A program made the position numbers and the translations under genes. The notes beneath the pieces were generated by a model that searched no databases, was not told the DNA's origin, and saw only the letters and a program-made list of their open reading frames with translations. This document shows positions 21,389 through 30,500 of a stretch of 32,000 bases of DNA, in pieces (within the stretch, counting starts at the first letter, position 1; every line of letters begins with the position of its first letter). This DNA comes from Fastidiosibacter lacustris (lineage in GTDB: Bacteria; Pseudomonadota; Gammaproteobacteria; Francisellales; Francisellaceae), in the NCBI RefSeq assembly GCF_003428155.1, contig NZ_QLIR01000014.1, positions 1-32,000 on the forward strand, written 5' to 3'.

Positions 21389-21943
21389 ATGTTGGAAATG
21401 AAGGGCACAACAATTTTGTGTGTGCGCAGAGGCGACGAAGTTGTTGTTGGTGGAGATGGTCAGGCGACATTAGGTAACACAGTTGCTAAGGATAACATTA
21501 TTAAAGTGAGAAGGCTAAGTAATGGTAAAGTACTAACAGGTTTTGCTGGATCGACAGCAGATGCGTTTACCCTATTTGAAAAATTTGAACAGAAATTGGA
21601 TTTTTATCAAGGCAATCTTGAACGAGCGTCGGTTGAAATGGTACGTGAATGGCGTTTGGATAGAATGATGAGTAAACTTGAGGCAATGATTATTGTCGCA
21701 GATGAAACAAAATCTTTACTGATCTCTGGTTCAGGAGACGTAATGGCTGCTGATGACAAAGGTATTTTGTCTATTGGTTCTGGTGCAGCATTTGCTAAAG
21801 CTGCAGCACATGCACTTGTTGATAATACAGATTTACCAGCTTACGAAATTGTGAAAAAGAGTTTAAATATTGCAGCAGATATTTGTATTTATACCAATCA
21901 TAATTTAACAATTGAAAAATTGCCTAATAAAGCAAAAACATAG
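21389..21943 (+). CDS. hslV: ATP-dependent protease subunit HslV
   Basis: [29 protein letters not shown] and [25 protein letters not shown]-like sequence, upstream of hslU. Start codon uncertain (GTG 21374, ATG 21389 or ATG 21398). Confidence 0.95.
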   Translation: MLEMKGTTILCVRRGDEVVVGGDGQATLGNTVAKDNIIKVRRLSNGKVLTGFAGSTADAFTLFEKFEQKLDFYQGNLERASVEMVREWRLDRMMSKLEAMIIVADETKSLLISGSGDVMAADDKGILSIGSGAAFAKAAAHALVDNTDLPAYEIVKKSLNIAADICIYTNHNLTIEKLPNKAKT

Positions 21944-21971
21944 TAATTTAAATTTTTAGAGGATAGAAGTT

Positions 21972-23321
21972 ATGTCGCAAATGACTCCAAAAGAAATTGT
22001 GAGTGAATTAGATCGATTTATTATCGGTCAAAAAGAGGCTAAGAAAGCAGTTGCCATTGCGCTTAGAAATCGTTGGCGCAGAATGCAGTTAGAAGAAGGG
22101 ATGCGCCAAGAAGTGACACCCAAAAACATTTTAATGATTGGACCTACAGGGGTTGGGAAAACAGAAATTGCACGGCGCTTAGCAAGGCTTGCTAATGCTC
22201 CATTTATCAAAATTGAGGCGACAAAGTTTACTGAAGTAGGTTATGTTGGGAAAGACGTTGATTCTATTATACGGGATTTAGCAGATATTGCTATCAAGAT
22301 GCTTCGTGAGCAAGAAAAAGCAAAAGTGGCGGTAAGAGCAGAAGAGCTTGCACGAGAGCGAATTTTGGATGCGCTATTGCCATCAGCAAGAGAAAGTAAA
22401 GTTGGCTTTGCCAACGAGCCAGTGGAAAGTGATAAAAAAATTGAAAGCACTACAAGGCAGCTGTTTAGAAAAAAGCTAGAAGCAGGTGAGTTGAATGATA
22501 AAGAAATAGAAATAGAAATTGCAACACCTACAATTGGTATGGAAATCATGGGACCTCCTGGCATGGAGGATATGACAAATCAACTACAAAGTATTTTTTC
22601 ATCTATGGGAGGTGATCGTAAAACACGCAGGAAAGTCAAGGTTAAAGATGCGCTTAAATTATTGCAAGATGAAGAAGCTAGTAAGCTTGTTAATGAAGAT
22701 GATGTTAAGCTTAAAGCGATTGAGGCTGTCGAGCAAAATGGTATTGTCTTTATTGATGAAATTGATAAAGTGTGTAGAAGATCAGATCAACGAGGTGCGG
22801 ATGTTTCTCGTGAAGGTGTGCAGCGAGATTTATTACCACTGGTTGAAGGTTCAACGGTGTCAACAAAATATGGTATGATTAAGACAGACCATATTCTGTT
22901 TATTGGTTCGGGTGCCTTTCATGTTGCAAAACCTTCTGACTTGATTCCTGAATTACAAGGTCGGTTACCGATTCGTGTTGAGTTACGGTCATTAGAGGTT
23001 GAAGATTTTTTCCGAATCTTAACGGAGCCTGATTATTCATTGATTAAACAGTACATTGCGCTGTTAGCCACAGAAGGAGTTGAAGTGAGATTTGAGCAAG
23101 AAGCAATTGCGCGTATTGCTGAGATTTCCTATCGCGTCAATGAGGAGATAGAAAATATAGGAGCTAGACGCTTACATACTGTGCTTGAGCGTTTATTAGA
23201 AGAGATTTCGTTTGATGCTTCTGACCGTATGGAAAAAAATTTTGAGATTAACGCTAGTTATGTAGATGAGAAGCTTGGGGATCTGGTAAAAGATCGGGAT
23301 TTAAGTCAATATATTTTGTAA
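21972..23321 (+). CDS. hslU: ATP-dependent protease ATPase subunit HslU
   Basis: [49 protein letters not shown] Walker [12 protein letters not shown] Walker B. Confidence 0.98.
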   Translation: MSQMTPKEIVSELDRFIIGQKEAKKAVAIALRNRWRRMQLEEGMRQEVTPKNILMIGPTGVGKTEIARRLARLANAPFIKIEATKFTEVGYVGKDVDSIIRDLADIAIKMLREQEKAKVAVRAEELARERILDALLPSARESKVGFANEPVESDKKIESTTRQLFRKKLEAGELNDKEIEIEIATPTIGMEIMGPPGMEDMTNQLQSIFSSMGGDRKTRRKVKVKDALKLLQDEEASKLVNEDDVKLKAIEAVEQNGIVFIDEIDKVCRRSDQRGADVSREGVQRDLLPLVEGSTVSTKYGMIKTDHILFIGSGAFHVAKPSDLIPELQGRLPIRVELRSLEVEDFFRILTEPDYSLIKQYIALLATEGVEVRFEQEAIARIAEISYRVNEEIENIGARRLHTVLERLLEEISFDASDRMEKNFEINASYVDEKLGDLVKDRDLSQYIL

Positions 23322-23337
23322 AGTTACGTTGTGCCAA

Positions 23338-23844
23338 TTACATAGTGGTGTTGTTATTAGTTTTTTCCCACACTTCAAAGTCAAAACTGCATTCATTTTT
23401 ATCATCTTGTAGATAATGGCGTTGACCAATACGCTTAAAGAGCTTTTCATCCCATTGTGGAAAAAAAGTATCGGCTTTTTTTATGGTGTTGACTTTAGTA
23501 ATATACAGTCTATCGACATACGGTAAGAAAGCTTGGTAAATTTCAGCACCGCCAATAATAAAAATTTCATACTGTGGTTTTTCGCGTACTAAATTCAGAA
23601 GATCATGGATGTCATGTATCACAGTACAGTTCTCTTGAGTATATTTTTTTTGCCGAGTGAGAATAATATTTTTGCGGTTGGGAAGTGCATGACCAATTGA
23701 ATCAAAGGTTTTGCGTCCCATGACGATATAATTGTTTTGAGTGAGGACTTTGAAATTCTTTAAGTCATCGGTCAACTTCCATGGCAAGCTGTTTTTAATG
23801 CCTATACCTTGGTTTTGATCATAGGCAACAATAATAGATAGCAT
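23338..23844 (-). CDS. folA: Dihydrofolate reductase
   Basis: IVAYDQNQGIGIKNSLPWKLTDDLKNFK, VMGRKTFDSIG, IFIIGGAEIY. Confidence 0.95.
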   Translation of the reverse strand: MLSIIVAYDQNQGIGIKNSLPWKLTDDLKNFKVLTQNNYIVMGRKTFDSIGHALPNRKNIILTRQKKYTQENCTVIHDIHDLLNLVREKPQYEIFIIGGAEIYQAFLPYVDRLYITKVNTIKKADTFFPQWDEKLFKRIGQRHYLQDDKNECSFDFEVWEKTNNNTTM

Positions 23845-24044
23845 GATGAGCTAAACTCCCTAAGAATGTAAGAATTAAAGTTGGGTTATTGTAACGAATT
23901 TTAGTGGAAGAAGAAAAATTTTTGCACTTAAAATAGTCATAAAAACCTTTGATTTTCAGGTTTTTATGACTTTATAGACATAAAATAAATTATTCAAAAA
24001 AGTGCTTGACCGAGTTTGGGAAATCCGTTTTAATATGCGTCATT

Positions 24045-24120
<76 letters not shown>

Positions 24121-24131
24121 TTATCGATATT

Positions 24132-24208
<77 letters not shown>

Positions 24209-24241
24209 TAGATTGGATACCGTCAATGGTGGAGAGAAAAT

Positions 24242-24318
24242 GCGCCCGTAGCTCATCTGGATAGAGCATCGGCCTTCTAAGCCGAGGGTAGCAGGTTCGA
24301 ATCCTGCCGGGCGTACCA
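24242..24318 (+). tRNA. tRNA-Arg(TCT)
   Basis: GCGCCCG...CGGGCGT acceptor, anticodon loop CTTCTAA, encoded CCA. Confidence 0.97.
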
Positions 24319-24332
24319 TGAAAAGAGTTTAT

Positions 24333-24409
24333 GGTGGACGTAGCTCAGTTGGTAGAGCCCCGGATTGTGATTCCGGTTGTCGTGGGTTCAAGTCCCATCG
24401 TTCACCCCA
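24333..24409 (+). tRNA. tRNA-His(GTG), with G-1
   Basis: (G)GTGGACG...CGTTCAC(C)CCA acceptor, anticodon loop TTGTGAT, encoded CCA. Confidence 0.96.
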
Positions 24410-24414
24410 GATAT

Positions 24415-24497
24415 GCGGACGTGGCGAAATTGGTAGACGCACTGGATTTAGGTTCCAGCGGGTGACCGTGGGAGTTCGAGTCTCCCCGTCCGCACCA
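24415..24497 (+). tRNA. tRNA-Leu(TAG); apparent integration target of the adjacent element
   Basis: GCGGACG...CGTCCGC acceptor, anticodon loop TTTAGGT, variable arm, encoded CCA. The integrase gene begins about 185 bp downstream. Confidence 0.96.
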
Positions 24498-24682
24498 AAT
24501 AATCATCTTATAACGTTTCAAATCATCTTAATACTAACCTTAAACCCTTACTTTACAAGGCTTTTCGATTTCATGACGTTTTATAACGTCTTATAGTGAC
24601 TTACTTTTAATTGTCCCCTGTAGTGTCCCCTGTGCTATAATTTATCAATAAAAATTTCCAAATGTTGGATTTGGGGACACTT

Positions 24683-25945
24683 ATGCAGCTGAATGATAGT
24701 AAAATAAAGGGTTTGAAGTATACAGGGAAAGAAAAGCTTTACAGCGATGGTAGAGGTAGCATGCTATATCTTCGTGTAAGGGAGGTTTCAAAATCTTTTC
24801 TGTTTAAATACAAGCTTTCAGGAAAGACCTATAAACTTAGTTTAGGGACTTACCCTGATTTGTCCTTAAAAAACGCAAGAGAAAAAGCAGCAGAGTACAG
24901 GGAGTTGCTATCTAATGGAGTTGACCCCAAAACTTATAAAGACAAACAAAAAACAGAACATGACAAGACGCTTGAGCATATCGCTGCCTATTGGTTAGAC
25001 GTCAAGAAGAATGAGTTTTCTGCCAGTCACTACAAGCAAACCGTTAGCAGGCTAAACCGCTTTATTTTGCCAACCTTCGGTAAAAGGGATATTGACAAGA
25101 TAGACGCGCCAGAAGTCGTTAGGTTTTTAAAAAATTTTGAAGTTGAAGGACACCTTGAGCAGCGAAATAAGGTTAAAAGTCATCTTAAGCAAATCTTTGC
25201 TTATGGCGTGGCTAGTGGTGTATGTTCTCATAATCCAGTAGCAGGCATTAGCCCCGTTTTAAAAGTATCAAAAGGCAAAAACTATGCGGCAGTAACCAAG
25301 CCTGAGGATATAGCCAGTTTATTGCGTGATATTGATAACTACCATGGCTTTTATACTACTGTTATGGCGTTAAAACTCGCCCCCTATGTGATGTTACGTC
25401 CAAGTGAATTGGCAAAGCTTGAATGGGAAGAAATACACGAAGATGAAAAGCAAATACATATTAAGCCTGAGCGCATGAAAATGCGTAAAGCTCATATAGT
25501 ACCTTTGTCTAAACAAGCATGGGCTATTATTGAGCAAATGAAAGCATACTCTAGTAAAGGTGTGCACGTATTTCCAAGTGCAAAGAATCCACAAAAACCT
25601 ATTGATATAAACTCGCTTAGATTAGCATTAAGGGCAATGGGTTATAAATATTCATCGAATAGTGCGGAGCCAATGCGAGAAGGAGAGAAGCCAAAGCATG
25701 ATACTCATGGTTTTAGACATATGGCAAGCACGCGACTTTATGAGATGGCAAGTATGTATGGTTTTCATGGGGATATGATAGAGTTGCAACTAGCGCATGC
25801 AGAATCCAATAAAGTAAAAGCAGCTTATAATCATGCGCAATATATTAAAGAACGCACTAGAATGATGCAGATATGGGCGGATTACTTGGACAATCTAAGG
25901 GATGGTAAAAATGTGGTTAATCTATCTGATTTTAAAACTGGCTGA
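24683..25945 (+). CDS. int: Tyrosine recombinase/integrase, P4-type
   Basis: DUF4102-like N-terminus (LTYRVREVSKSFLFKYKLSGKTYKLSLGTYPDLSLKNAREKAAEYRELLSNGVDP type pattern), catalytic R (LAPYVMLRPSELAKLEW), HGFRHMAST, and Y in YNHAQYIKERTRMMQIWADYL. Start may be the ATG at 24662. Confidence 0.95.
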   Translation: MQLNDSKIKGLKYTGKEKLYSDGRGSMLYLRVREVSKSFLFKYKLSGKTYKLSLGTYPDLSLKNAREKAAEYRELLSNGVDPKTYKDKQKTEHDKTLEHIAAYWLDVKKNEFSASHYKQTVSRLNRFILPTFGKRDIDKIDAPEVVRFLKNFEVEGHLEQRNKVKSHLKQIFAYGVASGVCSHNPVAGISPVLKVSKGKNYAAVTKPEDIASLLRDIDNYHGFYTTVMALKLAPYVMLRPSELAKLEWEEIHEDEKQIHIKPERMKMRKAHIVPLSKQAWAIIEQMKAYSSKGVHVFPSAKNPQKPIDINSLRLALRAMGYKYSSNSAEPMREGEKPKHDTHGFRHMASTRLYEMASMYGFHGDMIELQLAHAESNKVKAAYNHAQYIKERTRMMQIWADYLDNLRDGKNVVNLSDFKTG

Positions 25946-25963
25946 GAATAATACTAAATTTAT

Positions 25964-26185
25964 ATGGCTTTATCAGTTAGATTATCAGATGAATTGGTGA
26001 AACAAGCGCAAAGTGTAAGCGCTGTTATGTATCGCTCATGCGCAAAACAGATTGAGTACTGGGCAAGAATAGGGAAGATGGCAGAAGAGAATCCAGAACT
26101 AAGTTATGAATTTATTAGAGATACGTTAATTGCTAAGGCAGAATCTAATAATAATGATGTGAGCGATTATGAATTTGATAATTAA
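25964..26185 (+). CDS. ParD-like antitoxin-family protein
   Basis: VRLSDELVKQAQSVSAVMYRSCAKQIEYWARIGKMAEENPELSYEFIRD resembles the ParD_like family. No adjacent toxin-sized partner. Confidence 0.7.
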   Translation: MALSVRLSDELVKQAQSVSAVMYRSCAKQIEYWARIGKMAEENPELSYEFIRDTLIAKAESNNNDVSDYEFDN

Positions 26186-26527
26186 ACAAACCAATAGCTT
26201 TAAAAAATCCATCAAAAAACTATCTAAACAAGATAAATTTTAATTAGATGACGAAGACATATCTAAGTCATTAATACCGAATAGTTGACCGTGTAAACTG
26301 GTGTTATGGTTGACTACCCACACTTTTAAAACTACACATTCCTAGATGGATTTGTATTAAAAATTTACAGCTAAACCAAGCAATATGTGCCTTACTCAGT
26401 TTAAGTTTATATCTAAATGTATCATAATATATCATACCGCCTTAAGCAGTGCCTAGGCTCGCTACCGAATAGCTGACTTTCCACCAGCGTGGCACTGTTT
26501 AATTAAGTGGATGCTTAGGAAGGTGAA

Positions 26528-27592
26528 ATGAAGCCAATAAAAGAACTTTTATCAATACCATCTGAACTATCTTATCATGAACTTTTAGAACGTTGGCGTG
26601 AGCCTTTGGAACTTTGGGGATTCTCAGATAATAATGCAAAGGCTAAATATATCGCACAACTAATTAATAAGCACGGTTTAAAAGCATTCTTGACGCCATC
26701 TTACGATGGTAAAGAATACATATCAATTTCAATTAAATTAGGCAGCCAGGCAATTAATTATAGCGAATTGAGCATTAAAATAATAAAACACGCGTTGAGC
26801 AATTTAGCGCTTGTAAAATCACTACCTGTTAAGGGGTATAAAATCAATAGGTTTAAATTTATCGAAAGTGAAGCATGGCGTAATTTGTTTTTGCGATCCA
26901 TAACAACTGTTCTATTTCCCATTGATGACGATATTGTTGACAAAATTGGTAACAAAACGCGTGGCGAAATTCTCTCGATTATCTCAAATGGTACCTATTG
27001 CACGGTATTATTAAACCATCCTCTTGAACTAAAAACTGTGCTTGTTCAAGATTACAATGGTTATTTGCAGTTGCAAGTTGGTGATGTCGTGGGCGCTGAT
27101 TATATTATAACTACATATAAATGGAAAGATGTCATGGACGATGATTGTATTGTAGCTATATACAAAGAGTTATGGAATCCTGTACTTCTTGAACCAAAGA
27201 TTGAAGCACCTGTATTTAAAGAGTCTCAGTTATATTTCAAGGGTGAAGACATTATAGCCTTTGAAGAAGCACAAATCAGGCAGAAAGAGAGTAACAAACG
27301 AGAAAACAATAATAAGGATAAGTCAAGCAAAGAAAAAGCACCAGAACCTACAAGCAATGGTGTCTTAAAGTGTGTTCAAAAACAACGAGAGTTAGCTTTG
27401 CAAACTGCCATAAATCTCGGGGCGATAAAAAAAAGCCATACAAAGGCAGAGATTCATAAAATATTAAAGCAAGCATCACCAGAGTTATTCACTATAGCAA
27501 GAACTACTTTTAATGACTTTTTTAAGAAGCAGCAGCTGTTTAACCTAAATTCTGGACGTAGAAGCATGGAAGACATAACCGAAAAATGCTAA
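26528..27592 (+). CDS. Hypothetical protein, 354 aa, element cargo
   Basis: Long ORF preceded by GGAAGGTGAA. Low-complexity Lys/Asn/Glu linker (KESNKRENNNKDKSSKEKAPEP) separates an N-terminal domain of about 240 aa from a C-terminal domain of about 75 aa, possibly HTH-like. Confidence 0.8.
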   Translation: MKPIKELLSIPSELSYHELLERWREPLELWGFSDNNAKAKYIAQLINKHGLKAFLTPSYDGKEYISISIKLGSQAINYSELSIKIIKHALSNLALVKSLPVKGYKINRFKFIESEAWRNLFLRSITTVLFPIDDDIVDKIGNKTRGEILSIISNGTYCTVLLNHPLELKTVLVQDYNGYLQLQVGDVVGADYIITTYKWKDVMDDDCIVAIYKELWNPVLLEPKIEAPVFKESQLYFKGEDIIAFEEAQIRQKESNKRENNNKDKSSKEKAPEPTSNGVLKCVQKQRELALQTAINLGAIKKSHTKAEIHKILKQASPELFTIARTTFNDFFKKQQLFNLNSGRRSMEDITEKC

Positions 27593-27653
27593 ATATAGAG
27601 TGACTTTCATTTTTTTTCAATATGACTGAAACCCTGATTTAATAAGGATGTAA

Positions 27654-27683
27654 ATATGGGGTGATTGGTCGACTACCCCATAT
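27654..27683 (+). promoter_or_regulatory. Hairpin with perfect 9-bp stem upstream of alpA
   Basis: ATATGGGGT (27654-27662), 12-nt loop GATTGGTCGACT, ACCCCATAT (27675-27683), followed by AGCCCCCTTTTTCTTTTCCTTTTTT. Confidence 0.55.
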
Positions 27684-27790
27684 TAGCCCCCTTTTTCTTT
27701 TCCTTTTTTGTCTCTCATAATACACCCCAAGACTTGGCGCCAAGTCTTGTTAAATAGTGATTGTATAAAGTCTATTAAAAAGGGGAAACC

Positions 27791-27997
27791 ATGAATTTAA
27801 ATATTATTAAATTACCGTTGGTGGTTGAAAAAACAAGCCTTTCAACTGCATCCATATATCGATTAGCTAAAGTGGGTAAGTTTCCAGCTCCTGTAAAGCT
27901 AAGTGAGCGTTCAAGCGGCTGGCTTGAATCGGATGTAAATCAATGGATTGATAATCGCATTAAAGCACGTGATGGTAAATTGAGTAAAGGGGTGTAG
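27791..27997 (+). CDS. alpA: AlpA family DNA-binding regulator
   Basis: VVEKTSLSTASIYRLAKVGKFPAPVKLSERSSGWLESDVNQWIDNRIKAR matches the AlpA pattern. Confidence 0.92.
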   Translation: MNLNIIKLPLVVEKTSLSTASIYRLAKVGKFPAPVKLSERSSGWLESDVNQWIDNRIKARDGKLSKGV

Positions 27998-27999
27998 GC

Positions 28000-28281
28000 A
28001 TGTTAAGTAATGAAATTCAACTAAGTAAACGTCAATTAAGGACACTTGAAGAGTTGGCTTTAAAGGGTGAAGTGTCAAGGCTTGAGTTGAGTCGCTATGC
28101 GGGGTTAAATACACCTGAAACCATAAGCCAGTTACGTAAAAAGGGATGCATTATCCATATGGTTAGAAAACCCCGCGTTGACCATTATGGTGTGAAGGTT
28201 TACGCGGGGTTTTACAGCTTGGATAAAAGCCAGAAAGATGATGCTTGTAAGCTAGTAATTAAAAACAAGGAGGTGAAATGA
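28000..28281 (+). CDS. Small helix-turn-helix protein
   Basis: LSKRQLRTLEELALKGEVSRLELSRYAGLNTPETISQLRKKGCIIHM resembles a winged HTH. ATGA overlap with the next ORF. Confidence 0.65.
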   Translation: MLSNEIQLSKRQLRTLEELALKGEVSRLELSRYAGLNTPETISQLRKKGCIIHMVRKPRVDHYGVKVYAGFYSLDKSQKDDACKLVIKNKEVK

Positions 28282-28553
28282 TGATTGATAATAAGTTTAA
28301 TCAAAAAGTAAAAGGAAATCACATTGGTGATTCCCTGTTTACTTCCCGCCCCACAATGTTATACTGCGCTCGTTCGGGCGTAGTAACCTGCAAAAACAAG
28401 CGTAATCATGCGATAAATGGTATCAATATATTTTCATCTTGGCTACTTGTTTTTCAAGTTGTCGGGTGGTGGCGTAAATACAATACCCGTTTCATTATGG
28501 GAAATAGCGCCAGCCTTACTTGTTTGAGGTTACTAACCACCCGATTAATTTAG
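28278..28553 (+). CDS. Ash/Icd-like small ORF, copy 1, possibly frameshifted at its 3' end
   Basis: FQVVGWWRKYNTRFIMGN in this frame. The expected continuation EVTNHPI lies in the next frame (see finding). Confidence 0.4.
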   Translation: MMIDNKFNQKVKGNHIGDSLFTSRPTMLYCARSGVVTCKNKRNHAINGINIFSSWLLVFQVVGWWRKYNTRFIMGNSASLTCLRLLTTRLI

Positions 28554-28579
28554 TAATACAAAACAAGGAATCAAATTAT

Positions 28580-29017
28580 ATGAATAATCTAAACCGTATA
28601 ACGCGGCGTTCGTATTCTCATACTGGTGTAGAAGTACAAAGCCCGCGCTATACAGTCACTCATGAACCAACTGATAAAACCAACGACATCAGTCAATGCA
28701 ATTGTATATCAATAGCCCCGTCTTGGTTTTGTGCTTTTAATCTGTTAAGCTTGCGAATGTTGGTCGTAGAAAGCCAGCAAAAACGTTCGGGCTTAGAAAC
28801 CCAGATACTACCAAAACGCGGAGCTTATCAAACCGTTAAACTTGATATTCAAACGATTATATCTCATTTATGGCTAGTTATAGCTTCATGGTTTCATATA
28901 ATCGGGTGGGCGCATCAATACAACACCTTTATGGGAATAATGCGCGCTGTTTCGTTTTGGGCAGTTTCTAACCACCCGATTTTTAAGGATAACCAAAACG
29001 GAGCTAAACCATGGTAG
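28580..29017 (+). CDS. Ash/Icd-like ORF, copy 2
   Basis: FHIIGWAHQYNTFMGIMRAVSFWAVSNHPIF near the C-terminus parallels copy 1. ATG at 28580 follows AACAAGGAAT. Confidence 0.45.
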   Translation: MNNLNRITRRSYSHTGVEVQSPRYTVTHEPTDKTNDISQCNCISIAPSWFCAFNLLSLRMLVVESQQKRSGLETQILPKRGAYQTVKLDIQTIISHLWLVIASWFHIIGWAHQYNTFMGIMRAVSFWAVSNHPIFKDNQNGAKPW

Positions 29018-29598
29018 TAAAAACAATTATTTTCAATGACAAAAACATCACTATCCATTATATAAATGGTGATTACTATTTATCCATCGTTAAAATTATG
29101 GATGATTTAAACTTAGACTTTAACGACACCGTAAAAGCCTTAATGAAATCGTCATATTTACATATAACCGCCGATGACGTGACTATTAAATTATCTGAAT
29201 TAAACAACTGGCTTAATACGATGGATAAAAGCAAACTAGATAATGGTTCTTTACTTTTTTTAGCTGAGTATCAATCGTCATTACTGAATATTATTAAGCA
29301 TGAAATTAACCAACTATCACAAGCCTCTAAGCCAAAGCCTAAATATAATTTTCATATTTTCCAAGGTTCAGTAAGTACCAGAAAGCATAATGAATCAATT
29401 TATCTATCCGCAATGGATTTGTGTGAACATCTAGGAGTCAATAAAGAAGAAAATATCAATAGACTTATTAATGATGAAGATTTTAATGGCTTTTTACATT
29501 ACTCAATCAATGGCTTATATATCAGTGAAATAATTGCGCAATGGTGGATTGGCAAGCTTACTGGTACACATAATCAAGTAAAGGGGGTTAGGCTATGA
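29011..29598 (+). CDS. Phage antirepressor-like protein (P22_AR_N-like N-terminus)
   Basis: IIFNDKNITIHYINGDYYLSIVKIMDDLNLDFNDTVKAL...TIKLSELNNWLNTMD has the P22_AR_N layout. Confidence 0.5.
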   Translation: MVVKTIIFNDKNITIHYINGDYYLSIVKIMDDLNLDFNDTVKALMKSSYLHITADDVTIKLSELNNWLNTMDKSKLDNGSLLFLAEYQSSLLNIIKHEINQLSQASKPKPKYNFHIFQGSVSTRKHNESIYLSAMDLCEHLGVNKEENINRLINDEDFNGFLHYSINGLYISEIIAQWWIGKLTGTHNQVKGVRL

Positions 29599-30500
29599 GG
29601 CTTGAAGAATATATGCTTAAATGCGGCTATACGCCCCCAAGTGTAATTAATCCAGATGGCTACAATCGATACCCCGCTCCAGACAAAGGAAAGGGTAATA
29701 AAGCAGGCTGGCTGATTGTTATTAGTGAAGAGTGTGCCGTTTTTGGTGATTGGGTGAGTCAAAGCAAATACGTATGGCATGCCAATATGGATAAGATGAG
29801 TCATACGGAAAGAACAGCAGCCTATGAGTGCGCTATACACCAGGCAGAAAGATTGAAGCTTGAGCTGCAACAGCAGCAAGAAGAAGTAGCACATCAATGC
29901 CAGTTCATTTTGAATAACTCAGAGAAGGCGCAAGATAGTCATGCTTATTTAGTCAAAAAAAGCGTTATTTCTTTTGGGCTTCATTGGGCTCCACACTTAC
30001 AAGGCGTGGATAATGCGTTAATTGTCCCTATTTATGGTTTTGATGATGGTGCCAATACATTACTGCAATCGCTGCAAATAATCTCGCCTCAAGGAGACAA
30101 ACGCTTTTTTAAGGGTGGACGAAAGAAGGCGGGATTCTATCCCTTGCAGGTAAGAGAAGGCAAAGATGTAAGGATATTAATTGCGGAGGGCTATGCAACA
30201 GCAGCAAGCTTGGCAATGGTTCAGCCAAACGATAGCGTTTATTGCGCTTTTGACGCGGGTAATTTAAAAGATGTTGCTTTATCCCTACGCAAGTACCACC
30301 CATTTAGTAAAATCGTTATATGCGCCGACAATGACCGCTTTAATGACAAAAACACCGGTGTGCTTGCTGCAAGAGACGCGGCTAACTCTGCCGATGCTGT
30401 TTGTATCGTCCCTAGGTTTGAAACGGAAGAAACAGGCACAGATTGGAATGATTGGCTAGTGCTAAGGGGATATATAGGAACAAAGGAGGTGCAATCATGA
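29595..30500 (+). CDS. Toprim-domain primase
   Basis: DVRILIAEGYATAASL, YCAFDAGNL, KIVICADNDRFNDKNTG...AARDAA (Toprim motifs), with an N-terminal region like phage/plasmid primases. Confidence 0.88.
   Translation: MRLEEYMLKCGYTPPSVINPDGYNRYPAPDKGKGNKAGWLIVISEECAVFGDWVSQSKYVWHANMDKMSHTERTAAYECAIHQAERLKLELQQQQEEVAHQCQFILNNSEKAQDSHAYLVKKSVISFGLHWAPHLQGVDNALIVPIYGFDDGANTLLQSLQIISPQGDKRFFKGGRKKAGFYPLQVREGKDVRILIAEGYATAASLAMVQPNDSVYCAFDAGNLKDVALSLRKYHPFSKIVICADNDRFNDKNTGVLAARDAANSADAVCIVPRFETEETGTDWNDWLVLRGYIGTKEVQS

Noticed and set aside
22028-22564. Antisense ORFs opposite hslU
   Set aside because: Shadow ORFs of the conserved hslU gene.
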